From an uncultured Chlorobiaceae bacterium (lineage in GTDB: Bacteria > Bacteroidota > Chlorobiia > Chlorobiales > Chlorobiaceae), in NCBI GenBank assembly GCA_964611215.1, contig CAZSXF010000003.1:68911-132910 (forward strand): 64,000 bases of DNA, given 5' to 3'. The notes beneath the pieces were generated by a model that did not search any database, was not told the origin of the DNA, and was given only the letters and a program-made list of their open reading frames with translations. Position numbers and translations under genes: made by a program. Below, piece after piece: positions 18,869 to 28,200 of the stretch. Each line of letters opens with the position of its first letter. The first letter of the stretch is position 1.

Positions 18869-20278
18869 TCAACGGAGCAGAATTTCCATGACCTCTCCCC
18901 GAAGGTCGCTGATCCTTTCGACCAGGTCTGCCCTGCAGAGCAGACGGAATTTTTTGGTGGTTCGTTCGAATGAGAGGATGAATTCCGAGCCGAACACCGA
19001 TTCGTGGAATTCGTCGAACCGGACATACCCGCCCGGCGACGTTTCCTGCAGGTGTTGCCGGTGTTCCTTTCTGGTCGGATAGACCCGCAGCTCCCGGAAG
19101 TCGTCATAGTCGAAGACATCCCTCGTCGCCGGGGCGTCGATGAGCACCTCATGGCCGTGCAGCGGCAGGTGGCATCGCCGGGCAAGCAGGTCGCAAATCT
19201 CCCGCTCCTTTTTTTTTCGCCGCTGGTGGTCCGTGCTGTAGCCGAACCAGGTCGGGTCCTGCTCCATCGATGGCTCCCGGTATGGGCGGATGGTCAGGGC
19301 ACGCTTGTAGATTTTCCGGTTCAGGATCGCGTCGAGCAGCCCCTGTGCGGGCAAGCCCCGGCCGGAGATCCGGCGTTCCAGTTCTGAGAGGACCCGTTCG
19401 TCCGAATTGAAGTAGAAGATGCGGCGGAGGTCGTCCGGCGGCAGGGCGTCGTCGTCCATGATGTCCTGCAGGAGCCTTCTGAGCATGGCTGAAAAGGTTC
19501 GGCTTGTATGATGCCAGTAGACATTGCGCATCATCATGTATTTGGCGAAGATGAGGCTTTCCAGCGGTGCGATGCCCTTTTCGGTGATCGCCAGCCGCTG
19601 GCGTTCGGGATCGGGGACGAAGGATTCCACCAGCCGTTCGATGTCGATGCTGCCGTACGGGATGTTGCAGTGGTGCGCGTCACGCATCAGGTAGTCCATC
19701 TTGTCGGGGTCGAGCGTGCCGCTGACGAGTTTGCCGAAGCGGTTCGCCGATTTCGAGGCGATGATGCCGACGACCGTGCCGGGGTCGACTCGCCAGTCGT
19801 CGTGCAGGATGGCGGCGATAGGTGGTACACCGGGATGCTCCTGGTTGATGAACAGGCTGGTCAGCGCCTCGTGGCGGGCAAAGACGCTGTTGCCTTCCGG
19901 AGGGGCAAGCTCTTCGATGACATGTGCGTGGGGGTAGTGGCCGATGTCGTGCAGCAGGCATGCACAGAGCAGCATCCTGCAGGCTTCATCGTTGAAATGG
20001 AACCGTTCGTCCTGCAGTTGCACGGCAAGCGGGTTGGTCACCATGCGCTGGAGAATGAGCTTCATCAGGTGGTAGACCCCGATGGAGTGCTCGAAGCGGG
20101 TGTGGGTCGCGCCCGGGTAGACCTGCTGCGAGAACGAGAGCTGGTGGATGCCCTTGAGCCTGAGGAACGAGGGGTGTGCGAGAATGTTTTTGAGGGGGGT
20201 GCTCAGGGGAATGTGCCCCCAGATGGGGAGCCTGATGAACCCGCCTTCAGAGCGGAAGAGGAACGACTCGGCAATCAT
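18869..20278 (-). CDS. HD-domain phosphohydrolase (COG1078/SAMHD1-like, possible dNTP triphosphohydrolase)
   Basis: HTRFEHSIGV and LLHDIGHYPHAH metal-binding motifs. ATG at 20278 preferred. A GTG at 20368 directly abuts the upstream stop but gives a Cys/Trp-rich, non-native N-terminus. Confidence 0.85.
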   Translation of the reverse strand: MIAESFLFRSEGGFIRLPIWGHIPLSTPLKNILAHPSFLRLKGIHQLSFSQQVYPGATHTRFEHSIGVYHLMKLILQRMVTNPLAVQLQDERFHFNDEACRMLLCACLLHDIGHYPHAHVIEELAPPEGNSVFARHEALTSLFINQEHPGVPPIAAILHDDWRVDPGTVVGIIASKSANRFGKLVSGTLDPDKMDYLMRDAHHCNIPYGSIDIERLVESFVPDPERQRLAITEKGIAPLESLIFAKYMMMRNVYWHHTSRTFSAMLRRLLQDIMDDDALPPDDLRRIFYFNSDERVLSELERRISGRGLPAQGLLDAILNRKIYKRALTIRPYREPSMEQDPTWFGYSTDHQRRKKKEREICDLLARRCHLPLHGHEVLIDAPATRDVFDYDDFRELRVYPTRKEHRQHLQETSPGGYVRFDEFHESVFGSEFILSFERTTKKFRLLCRADLVERISDLRGEVMEILLR

Positions 20279-20368
20279 GGACGTGCGTTTGGTGTCGGTT
20301 GCTCCGCAAGATACGGCGCAGACTCCCGGTGGCCAAGCAAGGCCGCAGGGAGTCTGCCGGTGCCGCAC

Positions 20369-21871
20369 TCAGCTTGCAGGGTGCGGTGCCTCCTTGAGGT
20401 GGAGTGCACAGACCTTGCGGAAATGGTGCCCGTAAATGGCCAGCGTGACGGCGAGCGGCAGGGAGCGCTGGCGGTGGACGAACGTCCAGATGATGGTTCG
20501 CCAGTACTGAAAACGTTCCCTGCCGATGACGCCGAGCAGGAAGCTCGATCTGGCGAACGCCATCAGCTGGCTCATGCGCAGCGGGCTTCGCAGCCGTGGC
20601 GCGTGGTACTCCTTGAGCAGCGTGCGGATACGCTCATAGTAGTATTTCGGCGCGTACAGGTGGTTCATCATCTCCCTGTACCCGTTGCGCAGCACCTCCG
20701 GATCCATCTTGGGTACGATGTTGGTGTTGCTGTCGGCATTGTCCCCGCTGACGTGGTTGAGGAGCCTGCCCTCGTTTTTCAGCCGGTCGTAGAGCTTCGT
20801 TCCCGGCAGTGCCTGCAGAATGCCGACCATGGCGGTGACGATGCCGCTGTTCTGGATGAATTCGATCTGCTTCTGGAAAATCGAGGGCGTGTCGCAGTCA
20901 AAGCCGACGATGAAGCCTCCCTGGACCTCCATGCCCGCCCGCTGGATGCGATGAATGTTTTCGAGCATGTTCCTTGAGGTGTTGTGCTGCTTGCCGCACT
21001 CCTGCAAGGCGGCATCGTCGGGCGTTTCGATGCCGATGAACACCTGGTTGAAGCCTGCGCGGACCATCAGTTCCATCAGTTCGGCGTCATCGGCGAGGTT
21101 GATGGAGCATTCGGTGTAGAATTTCGTGGTGACGCCGAACCGTTCGCGCCATTCGATCAGTGCGGGGAGCAGTTCACGCTTCAGGTAGGTCCGATGGGCG
21201 ATGAAGTTGTCGTCGACGAAAAAGATGCTCTCTTTACAGCCCGTTCGCCGGATTCCCTCGAGTTCGTTGATGATCTGGTCGCTTTTTTTCGTGCGGATCT
21301 TGTGGCCGAACAGGGCCGTGACGTTGCAGAAATCGCACTGGTAGGGGCATCCCCGGGAAAACTGGATGGCCATTGACGCGTACTTCTTCATGTCCAGGAG
21401 CCGCCATTCTGGTGCCGGCGTGCGGGTGATGTCCGGGTAGTCGCTGCAGGTGTACAGCCGTTCGGGGTGACCTGCCGCAAGGTCTTCAAGGAAGCGCGGC
21501 AAGGTCGATTCAGCTTCGTTGAGCACGAAGTGGTCGACCTCCGGAAACTGCTCGTGCGCCGTGGTGAACAGCGGGCCGCCGACGACCACGGTGAGCCCCG
21601 CCGCCTTGCATCTGGAAATGACCTCGTGCGCGGAATTCTGCTGGATGGTCATGGCGCTGATCAGCGCCATGTCGGCCCACTCCAGGTCTGCATGCCGCAA
21701 CGGACGCACATTCAGGTCCACCAGTCGGCGTTGCCAGCGCTCGGGGAGCATGCTGGCGATGGTCAGCAGGCCAAGCGGCGGCAGGGAGGCCTTTTTTTTG
21801 ACGAATTTGAGTGCGTGCTTGAAGCTCCAGAAGGTGTCGGGAAATTCCGGATACAGGAGAAGAATGTTCAT
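20369..21871 (-). CDS. B12-binding-domain radical SAM protein (BchE/P-methylase-like, DUF4070-type C-terminus)
   Basis: 500 aa. N-terminal cobalamin-binding-like domain (MNILLLYPEFPDTFWSF...PPLGLLTIASML) and the radical SAM cluster motif CPYQCDFC. Confidence 0.9.
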   Translation of the reverse strand: MNILLLYPEFPDTFWSFKHALKFVKKKASLPPLGLLTIASMLPERWQRRLVDLNVRPLRHADLEWADMALISAMTIQQNSAHEVISRCKAAGLTVVVGGPLFTTAHEQFPEVDHFVLNEAESTLPRFLEDLAAGHPERLYTCSDYPDITRTPAPEWRLLDMKKYASMAIQFSRGCPYQCDFCNVTALFGHKIRTKKSDQIINELEGIRRTGCKESIFFVDDNFIAHRTYLKRELLPALIEWRERFGVTTKFYTECSINLADDAELMELMVRAGFNQVFIGIETPDDAALQECGKQHNTSRNMLENIHRIQRAGMEVQGGFIVGFDCDTPSIFQKQIEFIQNSGIVTAMVGILQALPGTKLYDRLKNEGRLLNHVSGDNADSNTNIVPKMDPEVLRNGYREMMNHLYAPKYYYERIRTLLKEYHAPRLRSPLRMSQLMAFARSSFLLGVIGRERFQYWRTIIWTFVHRQRSLPLAVTLAIYGHHFRKVCALHLKEAPHPAS

Positions 21872-22157
21872 GGGCTGTCCTCGATCGGTATGTGGGTAAC
21901 GCCGGAACCGGTGACATGCGAACCGACAGCCCAGCGGAGCGGAAATGAATCCGACTGATGCGATCAGCCATAGGATTCCCGCTGCATCCGTTCTGCTTTC
22001 GACCCGCTTGCGGCACGTTTCGGCGGTGCCGATGACTGTACAAAAAAGGCGGGGGCCCTCATTACGCTGTTAACAACGGTATTTGGGCTCCGGAAGTTCC
22101 GGAAGGAGACGGAAACGGGCAAAAAGAGGGGTGCGGGAACCTTGCGCCGAAAGGCGC

Positions 22158-22892
22158 TCAGTAGCGTTCCAGAGAGAATTTTTCGCCGAGGTACAGCTTT
22201 CGTGCTTCCGCATTTTCAGCGATCTCGTGCGGTGAGCCCTGCATGAAGATGCTGCCGTCGAAAAGCAGGTAGGCGTGGTCGGTGATCGAGAGCGTCTCAT
22301 GGACGTTATGATCCGTGATCAGGACGCCGATATTGCGTTTGGCCAGGCCTTCGACGATCTGCTGGATATCCTCGACGGCAATCGGGTCGACGCCGGCGAA
22401 CGGTTCGTCGAGGAGGATGAATTTGGGGTCGAGCGCCAGGGCCCTGGCGATCTCCGTCCGTCGCCGTTCACCACCGGAGAGCGAGTAGCCCATGCTTTTG
22501 CGGATATGGGCGATATTCAGGTCTTCCAGCATCTGTTCGACCTTTTCTTTCCGCTTGGCCCTGCTCAACGAGGTGAACTCCAGGACGCTCATGATATTCT
22601 GCTCGACGCTCAGCTTGCGGAACACCGAGGCCTCCTGCGGCAGATACCCGATGCCCTTTCTGGCCCGCTTGTACATCGGCAGGCGGGTGATGTTCTCCTT
22701 GTCGATGTACACCGACCCGGCATCAGGCCGGATCAGGCCGACGATCATGTAGAAGGTGGTGGTCTTGCCGGCGCCGTTCGGGCCGAGCAGGCCGACGATC
22801 TCCCCCTGCCTGACCTCGATGGTCGAGCTTTTGACGACAACCCGTTTGCTGTATACTTTTTTCAGCTCGCTGCAGCTCAGGATCGAACCCAT
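22158..22892 (-). CDS. lptB: LPS export ABC transporter ATP-binding protein
   Basis: Walker A GPNGAGKTT, signature LSGGERRR, Walker B ILLDEPFAGVD. Size is about 244 aa from ATG at 22892, with an alternative ATG at 22922. The track start at 23054 is too long. Confidence 0.9.
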   Translation of the reverse strand: MGSILSCSELKKVYSKRVVVKSSTIEVRQGEIVGLLGPNGAGKTTTFYMIVGLIRPDAGSVYIDKENITRLPMYKRARKGIGYLPQEASVFRKLSVEQNIMSVLEFTSLSRAKRKEKVEQMLEDLNIAHIRKSMGYSLSGGERRRTEIARALALDPKFILLDEPFAGVDPIAVEDIQQIVEGLAKRNIGVLITDHNVHETLSITDHAYLLFDGSIFMQGSPHEIAENAEARKLYLGEKFSLERY

Positions 22893-23073
22893 GTCTCCCG
22901 CTTCGTTTGGTGTTTCCGGCATGGCGCCGGCCGGAGGATTCCCCGATCGAAGCGCAATATAGCAATTGATGCCGTCTTTTTGTCCGTCCCTGCCGATTCC
23001 GGTCCCGGCTGGTGTTTGATTCGGCCGTCTCCTTCTGTATCTTTGATGCAGCATTCTGCGTCAAACCCATAAC

Positions 23074-23868
23074 GTGAAGGAGCATTTCATGTTGCCTGAA
23101 CAGGCAGCGGACCCGGCTGTCCAGCGCGGGCCGTTAGAACGGCAGCTTCGCGGCGGCTATTCTGTTGATCCCGTGGCATGCGTCCGGGAGGCCTGGGCCC
23201 TGTTTTGCAAGGCTCCGGGCAGATATGTCGGCTATACGATGCTGATCATGGCGATACTGTTCCCGCTGGAGCTGCCTTCCCAGATCGTCGCACTTGCCGA
23301 TCCAGGCACCTATCCGGATCAGGTCGTTCTGCTCTCGCGGTTCCTGTCCACGATCTCCGCCGCGGTTTCCGGGCCCCTCTATGCGGGATTTTACGTGGTG
23401 TCGGAGCATCAGTTTTCCGGCAGGCCGGTTGCGTTCCGCGATTTTTTCGGCGGGTTCCGCCACTGGAAGCCCCTCGTTCTTTTCGCCGTGGCTTCCGGCT
23501 TGTTTTTCTCGATGCTTTCCGTCGTTTATGCGGTGTTCGGCCTGTTTTTCGGATTTAGGTCCATGCCCTCCCTCTTGGCCTTCCTGGTGCTGGTCGTCCC
23601 TGCAGTCATCTATGCCGTCAGCTACGGGTTTACGCAGTTCCTGATCATTGACCGCCGCATGTCGTTCTGGAAAGCGATGCAGACGAGCAGAAAAGTTGTC
23701 GGCCGGCACTGGTTCCGGCTCTTCATGCTGTTCGGCATCCTGCTGCTGATCAATATCGTTGGGCTCCTGGCCGCTTTGGTCGGCAGCTTTGTCGCCGTTC
23801 CCGTTTCCTATGTCGCCCTGACCGTCGCTTACCGTCAGGTTTTTGGCGTCATCAGGGACGACTGGTAA
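23074..23868 (+). CDS. integral membrane protein, function unknown
   Basis: 264 aa with 5-6 predicted hydrophobic helices by eye. GTG at 23074 or ATG at 23089. Confidence 0.6.
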   Translation: MKEHFMLPEQAADPAVQRGPLERQLRGGYSVDPVACVREAWALFCKAPGRYVGYTMLIMAILFPLELPSQIVALADPGTYPDQVVLLSRFLSTISAAVSGPLYAGFYVVSEHQFSGRPVAFRDFFGGFRHWKPLVLFAVASGLFFSMLSVVYAVFGLFFGFRSMPSLLAFLVLVVPAVIYAVSYGFTQFLIIDRRMSFWKAMQTSRKVVGRHWFRLFMLFGILLLINIVGLLAALVGSFVAVPVSYVALTVAYRQVFGVIRDDW

Positions 23869-24012
23869 CTGCCGTATCCGCGTCGGGCCTGGTGACGCCG
23901 CCAGGCACCAGCTGTACCGGCGCATTTCGGAATTTCCGGTTTCCCGGGGCGGTAGGGATGTCCGCCCGGACAGGGGAAGCCGGTTCATCAGCCATCAAAC
24001 CGAATCTGCCTT

Positions 24013-24543
24013 ATGAGAAAAGTCATGCCTTACCGGGGAGTGCATCCGGAGCTCCACAATACGGTGTTCGTCGCCGACGGAGCCTACGTTATCGGCGACG
24101 TGAAGATCGGCGCCCATTCGAGCGTCTGGTTCAATGCGGTCGTCCGGGGCGACGTCTGCCCCATCAGGATCGGCGAAAAAACGAGCGTCCAGGATAACGT
24201 GACCCTGCATGTGACTCACGACACCGGTCCGCTCACGATCGGCAACAGCGTCACCATTGGCCACGGTGCGGTGCTGCATGCCTGCACGGTCGAGGATAAC
24301 GTGCTCATCGGCATGGGGGCCATCCTGCTGGACCACTGCGTCGTCGAGCCATGGTCGATTGTCGCCGCGGGTTCACTGGTCAGGCAGGGGTTCCGCGTTC
24401 CTTCCGGAATGCTTGTCGCCGGCGTGCCTGCAAAGGTCATGCGCCCCATCACCGAGGAGGAGCGGGCCAATATCGCCGAGTCTCCCGACAACTATGTCCG
24501 GTATGTGGCCAATTATCGCCAGGACGGCTACGAGGGGCGTTGA
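24013..24543 (+). CDS. gamma-class carbonic anhydrase-like / hexapeptide-repeat protein
   Basis: 176 aa left-handed beta-helix repeats. Conserved His ligand pattern (LHV ... IGHGAVLHA). Confidence 0.9.
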   Translation: MRKVMPYRGVHPELHNTVFVADGAYVIGDVKIGAHSSVWFNAVVRGDVCPIRIGEKTSVQDNVTLHVTHDTGPLTIGNSVTIGHGAVLHACTVEDNVLIGMGAILLDHCVVEPWSIVAAGSLVRQGFRVPSGMLVAGVPAKVMRPITEEERANIAESPDNYVRYVANYRQDGYEGR

Positions 24544-24632
24544 TTTCCGTTCCCGATTTTCGGGGCCGGGCCCATATTGACCGGTGGTGTTGTGCGTGCA
24601 ATTCGCTACATTGGAAATCAGTTTTGAGAGCA

Positions 24633-24654
24633 TGCCGCCGAAGGTTCGGCGGCA
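24633..24654 (+). terminator. perfect 10-bp hairpin TGCCGCCGAA gg TTCGGCGGCA downstream of the gamma-CA-like gene
   Basis: Read from the sequence. There is no U-run, so it may be a terminator or a leader structure for the next gene (start 24682). Confidence 0.45.
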
Positions 24655-24681
24655 CTTATCACCAGAAACCAACCGATTCTC

Positions 24682-25878
24682 ATGGCGCAGCAAGACGTGG
24701 TCATTATCGGCGGTGGAATCAGCGGGCTGAGCCTTGCGTTCTACTGTTCGCAGGCCGGCATGAAAACCACCCTGATCGAGAAAAACAAAGCCGTGGGCGG
24801 CTCGTTCGCCTCCCACCAGTATTCGAGCAACGGTGATCGCTTCTGGCTTGAGCTGGGAGCCCACACCTGCTACAGCTCCTATCAGAATCTGCTTGATATC
24901 GTCGATGCCTGCGGGATTTCCGATACGATCATTCCCCGCGAGAAGGTTCCTTTCACCCTGCTCAAGAACGGCGAGGTGAAGTCCTTTATGGCCGGGCTTG
25001 ACATTTTCGAACTGGTGCGGTCGGTGCCGAACATCTTTTTCCTGAAAAAGGACAACCAGACTGTCCGTTCCTACTATTCGCGCATTGTCGGGGAGAAGAA
25101 CTACAGGAATACGATCACCCATTTCTTTAATGCGGTCCCGTCGCAGTCAACCGAGGAGTTTCCTGCGGATATGCTGTTCAAAAGCCGCCCGAAGCGCAAG
25201 AACGTGCTCAAGAACTACACGTTCAAGGGCGGGTTGCAGAGCGTGGCCCATGCCATTGCCGCACGCAAGGGTATCGAGGTCCGTACCGGGGCTGCCGCCG
25301 AATCGGTGAGCCTTTCCGGCGGCAGGTATACCGTACGGACGGCAGACGGGGAGGAGTATTCTGCCGATACCCTTGCGCTTGCACTTCCGTCCGCGCAGGC
25401 CGCCAGGCTCCTGCAGGGCATCAATCCGGCGCTTTCCAGCCATTTCAGCCAGTTGAAGTATGCCGATGTCGACTCCGTCGGCGTCGTCGTCAGGAAACAG
25501 CACCTGTCGCTCAAACCGGTTGCCGCCATCATTTCGCCGAACGACACCTTCTTTTCGATGGTATCGAGGGATACGGTCATCGACGAGCACTTCCGGGGCT
25601 TCGCCTTCCATTTCCGGCCGGGGCTTGACGACAACGCCAAGTTCAAGCGCATCAGCGAGGTGCTTGGCATCGGCCTTCCGAAGATCGAGCATACGGTCAC
25701 CAAAATGAACGTCGTGCCGTCATTGCGCCTCGGGCACCGCGAATGGGCGCGCAAAGCCGACGAGCTGCTTGCCGGCGCACAAGGCCTCTACCTCACCGGC
25801 AACTACTTCGGCGGCATGGCCATCGAGGACTGCACCTCCCGTTCCCGGGAGGAGTTCGAGCGCATGTCGGCCCGCTGA
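24682..25878 (+). CDS. FAD-dependent oxidoreductase, protoporphyrinogen-oxidase (HemY/CgoX)-like
   Basis: N-terminal dinucleotide fold VVIIGGGISGLSLAF...EKNKAVGG. C-terminal PSLRLGHREW...LYLTGNYFGGMAIEDC resembles the HemY family. At 398 aa it is shorter than typical HemY. Confidence 0.7.
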   Translation: MAQQDVVIIGGGISGLSLAFYCSQAGMKTTLIEKNKAVGGSFASHQYSSNGDRFWLELGAHTCYSSYQNLLDIVDACGISDTIIPREKVPFTLLKNGEVKSFMAGLDIFELVRSVPNIFFLKKDNQTVRSYYSRIVGEKNYRNTITHFFNAVPSQSTEEFPADMLFKSRPKRKNVLKNYTFKGGLQSVAHAIAARKGIEVRTGAAAESVSLSGGRYTVRTADGEEYSADTLALALPSAQAARLLQGINPALSSHFSQLKYADVDSVGVVVRKQHLSLKPVAAIISPNDTFFSMVSRDTVIDEHFRGFAFHFRPGLDDNAKFKRISEVLGIGLPKIEHTVTKMNVVPSLRLGHREWARKADELLAGAQGLYLTGNYFGGMAIEDCTSRSREEFERMSAR

Positions 25879-25904
25879 CCCATCGCTCGGCATCGTGCTT
25901 CCTG

Positions 25905-25937
25905 ACGTCCCGCGGGTCAAACCCGGCGGGACGTTTG
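25905..25937 (+). terminator. terminator hairpin ACGTCCCGCGGGT caa ACCCGGCGGGACGT + TTT
   Basis: About 13-bp stem with one bulge, starting 27 nt after the stop. Confidence 0.7.
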
Positions 25938-25998
25938 CATTGGTACTGAGCCGGATGCATCGTAATTTCAGGGAGCCGCCGCCGCTGCGGATGTTCCG

Positions 25999-27075
25999 AT
26001 GAACTTTCAACCGAACACGATGAACGGACCCCTGTATTACGAGCTCTGGATGATGCCGGCGATTGTCGCCGTCATCGCATTTTTCCTCTATCTGGTTGCC
26101 AATTCGCTTGTCAAGAGCCTCCTGTCGAAGACCTGGCAGACCATCCGGGGGAGCGGAATTCCCTTTTCCATGCTGCAGCTGCCGATCCGGACGCTCTTCC
26201 TGCTCATCGGGGCCGCCGCCGTCGTGCATTATGCAAAACTGCCCGAAGATGCCAAGGAACTGCTGGGGCAGGTTCTCTCCATCGCATCGATCATTGGTGT
26301 CGCCTGGCTGCTGCTGCGGGTTTTCGCCTTCGTCGAATCGGTCATCCAGCTCCGCTACAAGGACAGTGATCCGGTCAATATCGAGGCTCGGCGCGTGGCG
26401 ACCAATGTGAGTCTGGTCCGCAAGATGCTCAATGTCCTGGTCATTATCCTGGCCATATCCGGCGTGCTCATGACGTTCGACACCGTTCGACAGATCGGCC
26501 TGAGCATTCTGGCTTCCGCCGGCCTTGCCGGTGTGGTCATGGGCTTCGCCGCCCAGCGCAGCCTGCAGACCCTCATCGCCGGTATCCAGATCGCCATCGC
26601 CCAGCCGGTCCGCCTTGATGACATTGTGGTTGTCGAAAACGAGGCGGGCAAGGTCGAAGAGATCACGCTGACCTATGTGGTCGTCCGGCTCTGGGACCAG
26701 CGCCATATCATCGTGCCGATCACCTGGTTCATCGACAAGCCCTTCCAGAACTGGACCCGCAACTCAACCGAACTGACCGGCGCGGTGCTGCTGCATGTCG
26801 GTTACGGCATTCCGGTCGAGGATGTGCGCGCCGAACTGGAGCGTATCGTTGCCGCCCATCCCCTGTGGGATCGGCGTATCGTCCGGCTTGAAGTCACCAA
26901 TGCCGTCCGCAGGTACATGGAGTTGCGGGCACTGGTCAGTTCGGGCAACTCGAATGATCTCTGGACGCTTCGCTGTGATGTCCGTGAAAAGCTGATCGAA
27001 TTCATACGGAGCATCGGCCATGAATACCTCGATGATGCGGGCGACTCCGGGCCCGACAAATTCCCTGTCAGCTGA
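25999..27075 (+). CDS. mechanosensitive ion channel (MscS family)
   Basis: 358 aa. N-terminal TM helices, then the MscS core (GLAGVVMGFAAQRSLQTLIAGIQIAIAQPVRLDDIVVV). Confidence 0.9.
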   Translation: MNFQPNTMNGPLYYELWMMPAIVAVIAFFLYLVANSLVKSLLSKTWQTIRGSGIPFSMLQLPIRTLFLLIGAAAVVHYAKLPEDAKELLGQVLSIASIIGVAWLLLRVFAFVESVIQLRYKDSDPVNIEARRVATNVSLVRKMLNVLVIILAISGVLMTFDTVRQIGLSILASAGLAGVVMGFAAQRSLQTLIAGIQIAIAQPVRLDDIVVVENEAGKVEEITLTYVVVRLWDQRHIIVPITWFIDKPFQNWTRNSTELTGAVLLHVGYGIPVEDVRAELERIVAAHPLWDRRIVRLEVTNAVRRYMELRALVSSGNSNDLWTLRCDVREKLIEFIRSIGHEYLDDAGDSGPDKFPVS

Positions 27076-27094
27076 GGCCTTGTGCTTTGCGGCG

Positions 27095-27337
27095 TTACTG
27101 GAATTTGACGACGATGTCGGCGTCGGGGAACTTCTCCTTGAGCGATCGAATGAGCAGGTCTTCTTCGAACGGGCCGAACCCGTCGACACGGGCCGGAAAC
27201 TCCGGGCTGCCGCTTTCGCCTGCATAGGACCAGGTGCCTTCAGGCTCTCGTTTCAGAATATCGGCGCGCCACTGTTCCGGCGATGCGTTGGCATCCCACC
27301 AGACGATGATCTTTTCATTGTGCATGCTGTCCTCCAT
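27095..27337 (-). CDS. small hypothetical protein (about 80 aa)
   Basis: The ORF is convergent with the MscS gene and has plausible composition (MEDSMHNEKIIVWWDANASPEQW...). I recognise no family. The start is uncertain (27337 or 27325). Confidence 0.4.
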   Translation of the reverse strand: MEDSMHNEKIIVWWDANASPEQWRADILKREPEGTWSYAGESGSPEFPARVDGFGPFEEDLLIRSLKEKFPDADIVVKFQ

Positions 27338-27687
27338 CTGTTTGCGGTTGCCTTGCGTTTCCCGGCATCTGTCGGAACGCCTTCGTTGCCTGAGGTTTCT
27401 CAAATACCATGCCAGCGCAGGGCATCGCGGCGTGGCGCCAGCTTCAGGCGGGTTGCATCCCGAAAGAGGTTACATCGTGCAAGGGGGCTCGGCGGTTCCG
27501 TTGCGTTTTTCAATGCACAGGCACGGCTGTCACCGAAAAATTGCGGATGAATGCCCACGAATAACGGTATATTCCGGCGGCAGGCGGGTGCCTGCCGGAA
27601 TTTCTTGGGCGTGCGGGCATGACCTTTCGTGAGAGCTGCCGGGGAAATGATGGCTGACGACTATAACGAACCAGGAGAGACACATCT

Positions 27688-28116
27688 ATGGCACAGGCCA
27701 AAACAGGAGATACGGTCCGGGTCCACTATACCGGCACCTTCGATGACGGCACGGTGTTCGATACGTCCATCGAACGCGAACCATTGCAGTTCACCATTGG
27801 CGCGGGCATGGTGATCGCCGGTTTCGACACCGCCGTTGCCGGCATGCAGCCGGGGGAAAAGAAGCAGGTCAATATCCCTGCAGAAGAGGCGTACGGGCCG
27901 CGCAGTGAAGAGCTGGTGGCGGAGATCGGGCGTGATCGTCTTCCTGCCGATCTTGAAATCGAGATCGGCCAGCAGCTGCAGGTCGGCCTTGCCGATGGCG
28001 ACCAGGCGGTGGTGATGATCGTCGATGTCAGTGAAAACACGGTCACGCTGGATGCGAACCATCCGATGGCCGGAATGGACCTCAATTTCGACCTGGAACT
28101 GGTCGAGATCCTCTGA
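27688..28116 (+). CDS. FKBP-type peptidyl-prolyl cis-trans isomerase (SlyD/SlpA-like, with IF insert)
   Basis: 142 aa. VHYTGTFDDGTVFDTS ... FTIGAGMVIAGFDTAVAGM motif. AGGAGA lies 8 nt upstream of the ATG. Confidence 0.92.
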   Translation: MAQAKTGDTVRVHYTGTFDDGTVFDTSIEREPLQFTIGAGMVIAGFDTAVAGMQPGEKKQVNIPAEEAYGPRSEELVAEIGRDRLPADLEIEIGQQLQVGLADGDQAVVMIVDVSENTVTLDANHPMAGMDLNFDLELVEIL

Positions 28117-28157
28117 GCCGGTCGCGGGCGGTTTTTCTGCCTGCACCCGATCTTGAA

Positions 28158-28181
28158 CAGCGGCGCCTTCGGGCGCCGTTG
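28158..28181. terminator. GC-rich hairpin between convergent FKBP and DUF169 genes
   Basis: CAGCGGCGCC ttcg GGCGCCGTTG, a 10-bp stem including one G-U pair. No U-run on either side. Confidence 0.5.
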
Positions 28182-28200
28182 CTGCTGTAGGGGGCCGGGG

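Noticed and set aside
19209-19217. A9 tract (T9 on the + strand) inside the HD gene and an A8 tract inside the radical SAM gene (21792..21799), considered as possible slippage or phase-variation sites.
   Set aside because: Both encode in-frame Lys runs (RRKKKERE; KFVKKKAS) in intact full-length ORFs. There is no sign of frameshift or of alternative frames with coding character.
21872-22157. Cobalamin riboswitch upstream of the B12-binding radical SAM gene; I also checked the metH leader at 51065..51285.
   Set aside because: I found no B12-box-like GCCACUG / AGYCMGGAGACCKGCC elements and no GGUG.AAAUCC core in either leader. I also saw no SAH- or SAM-I-like conserved words upstream of metH.
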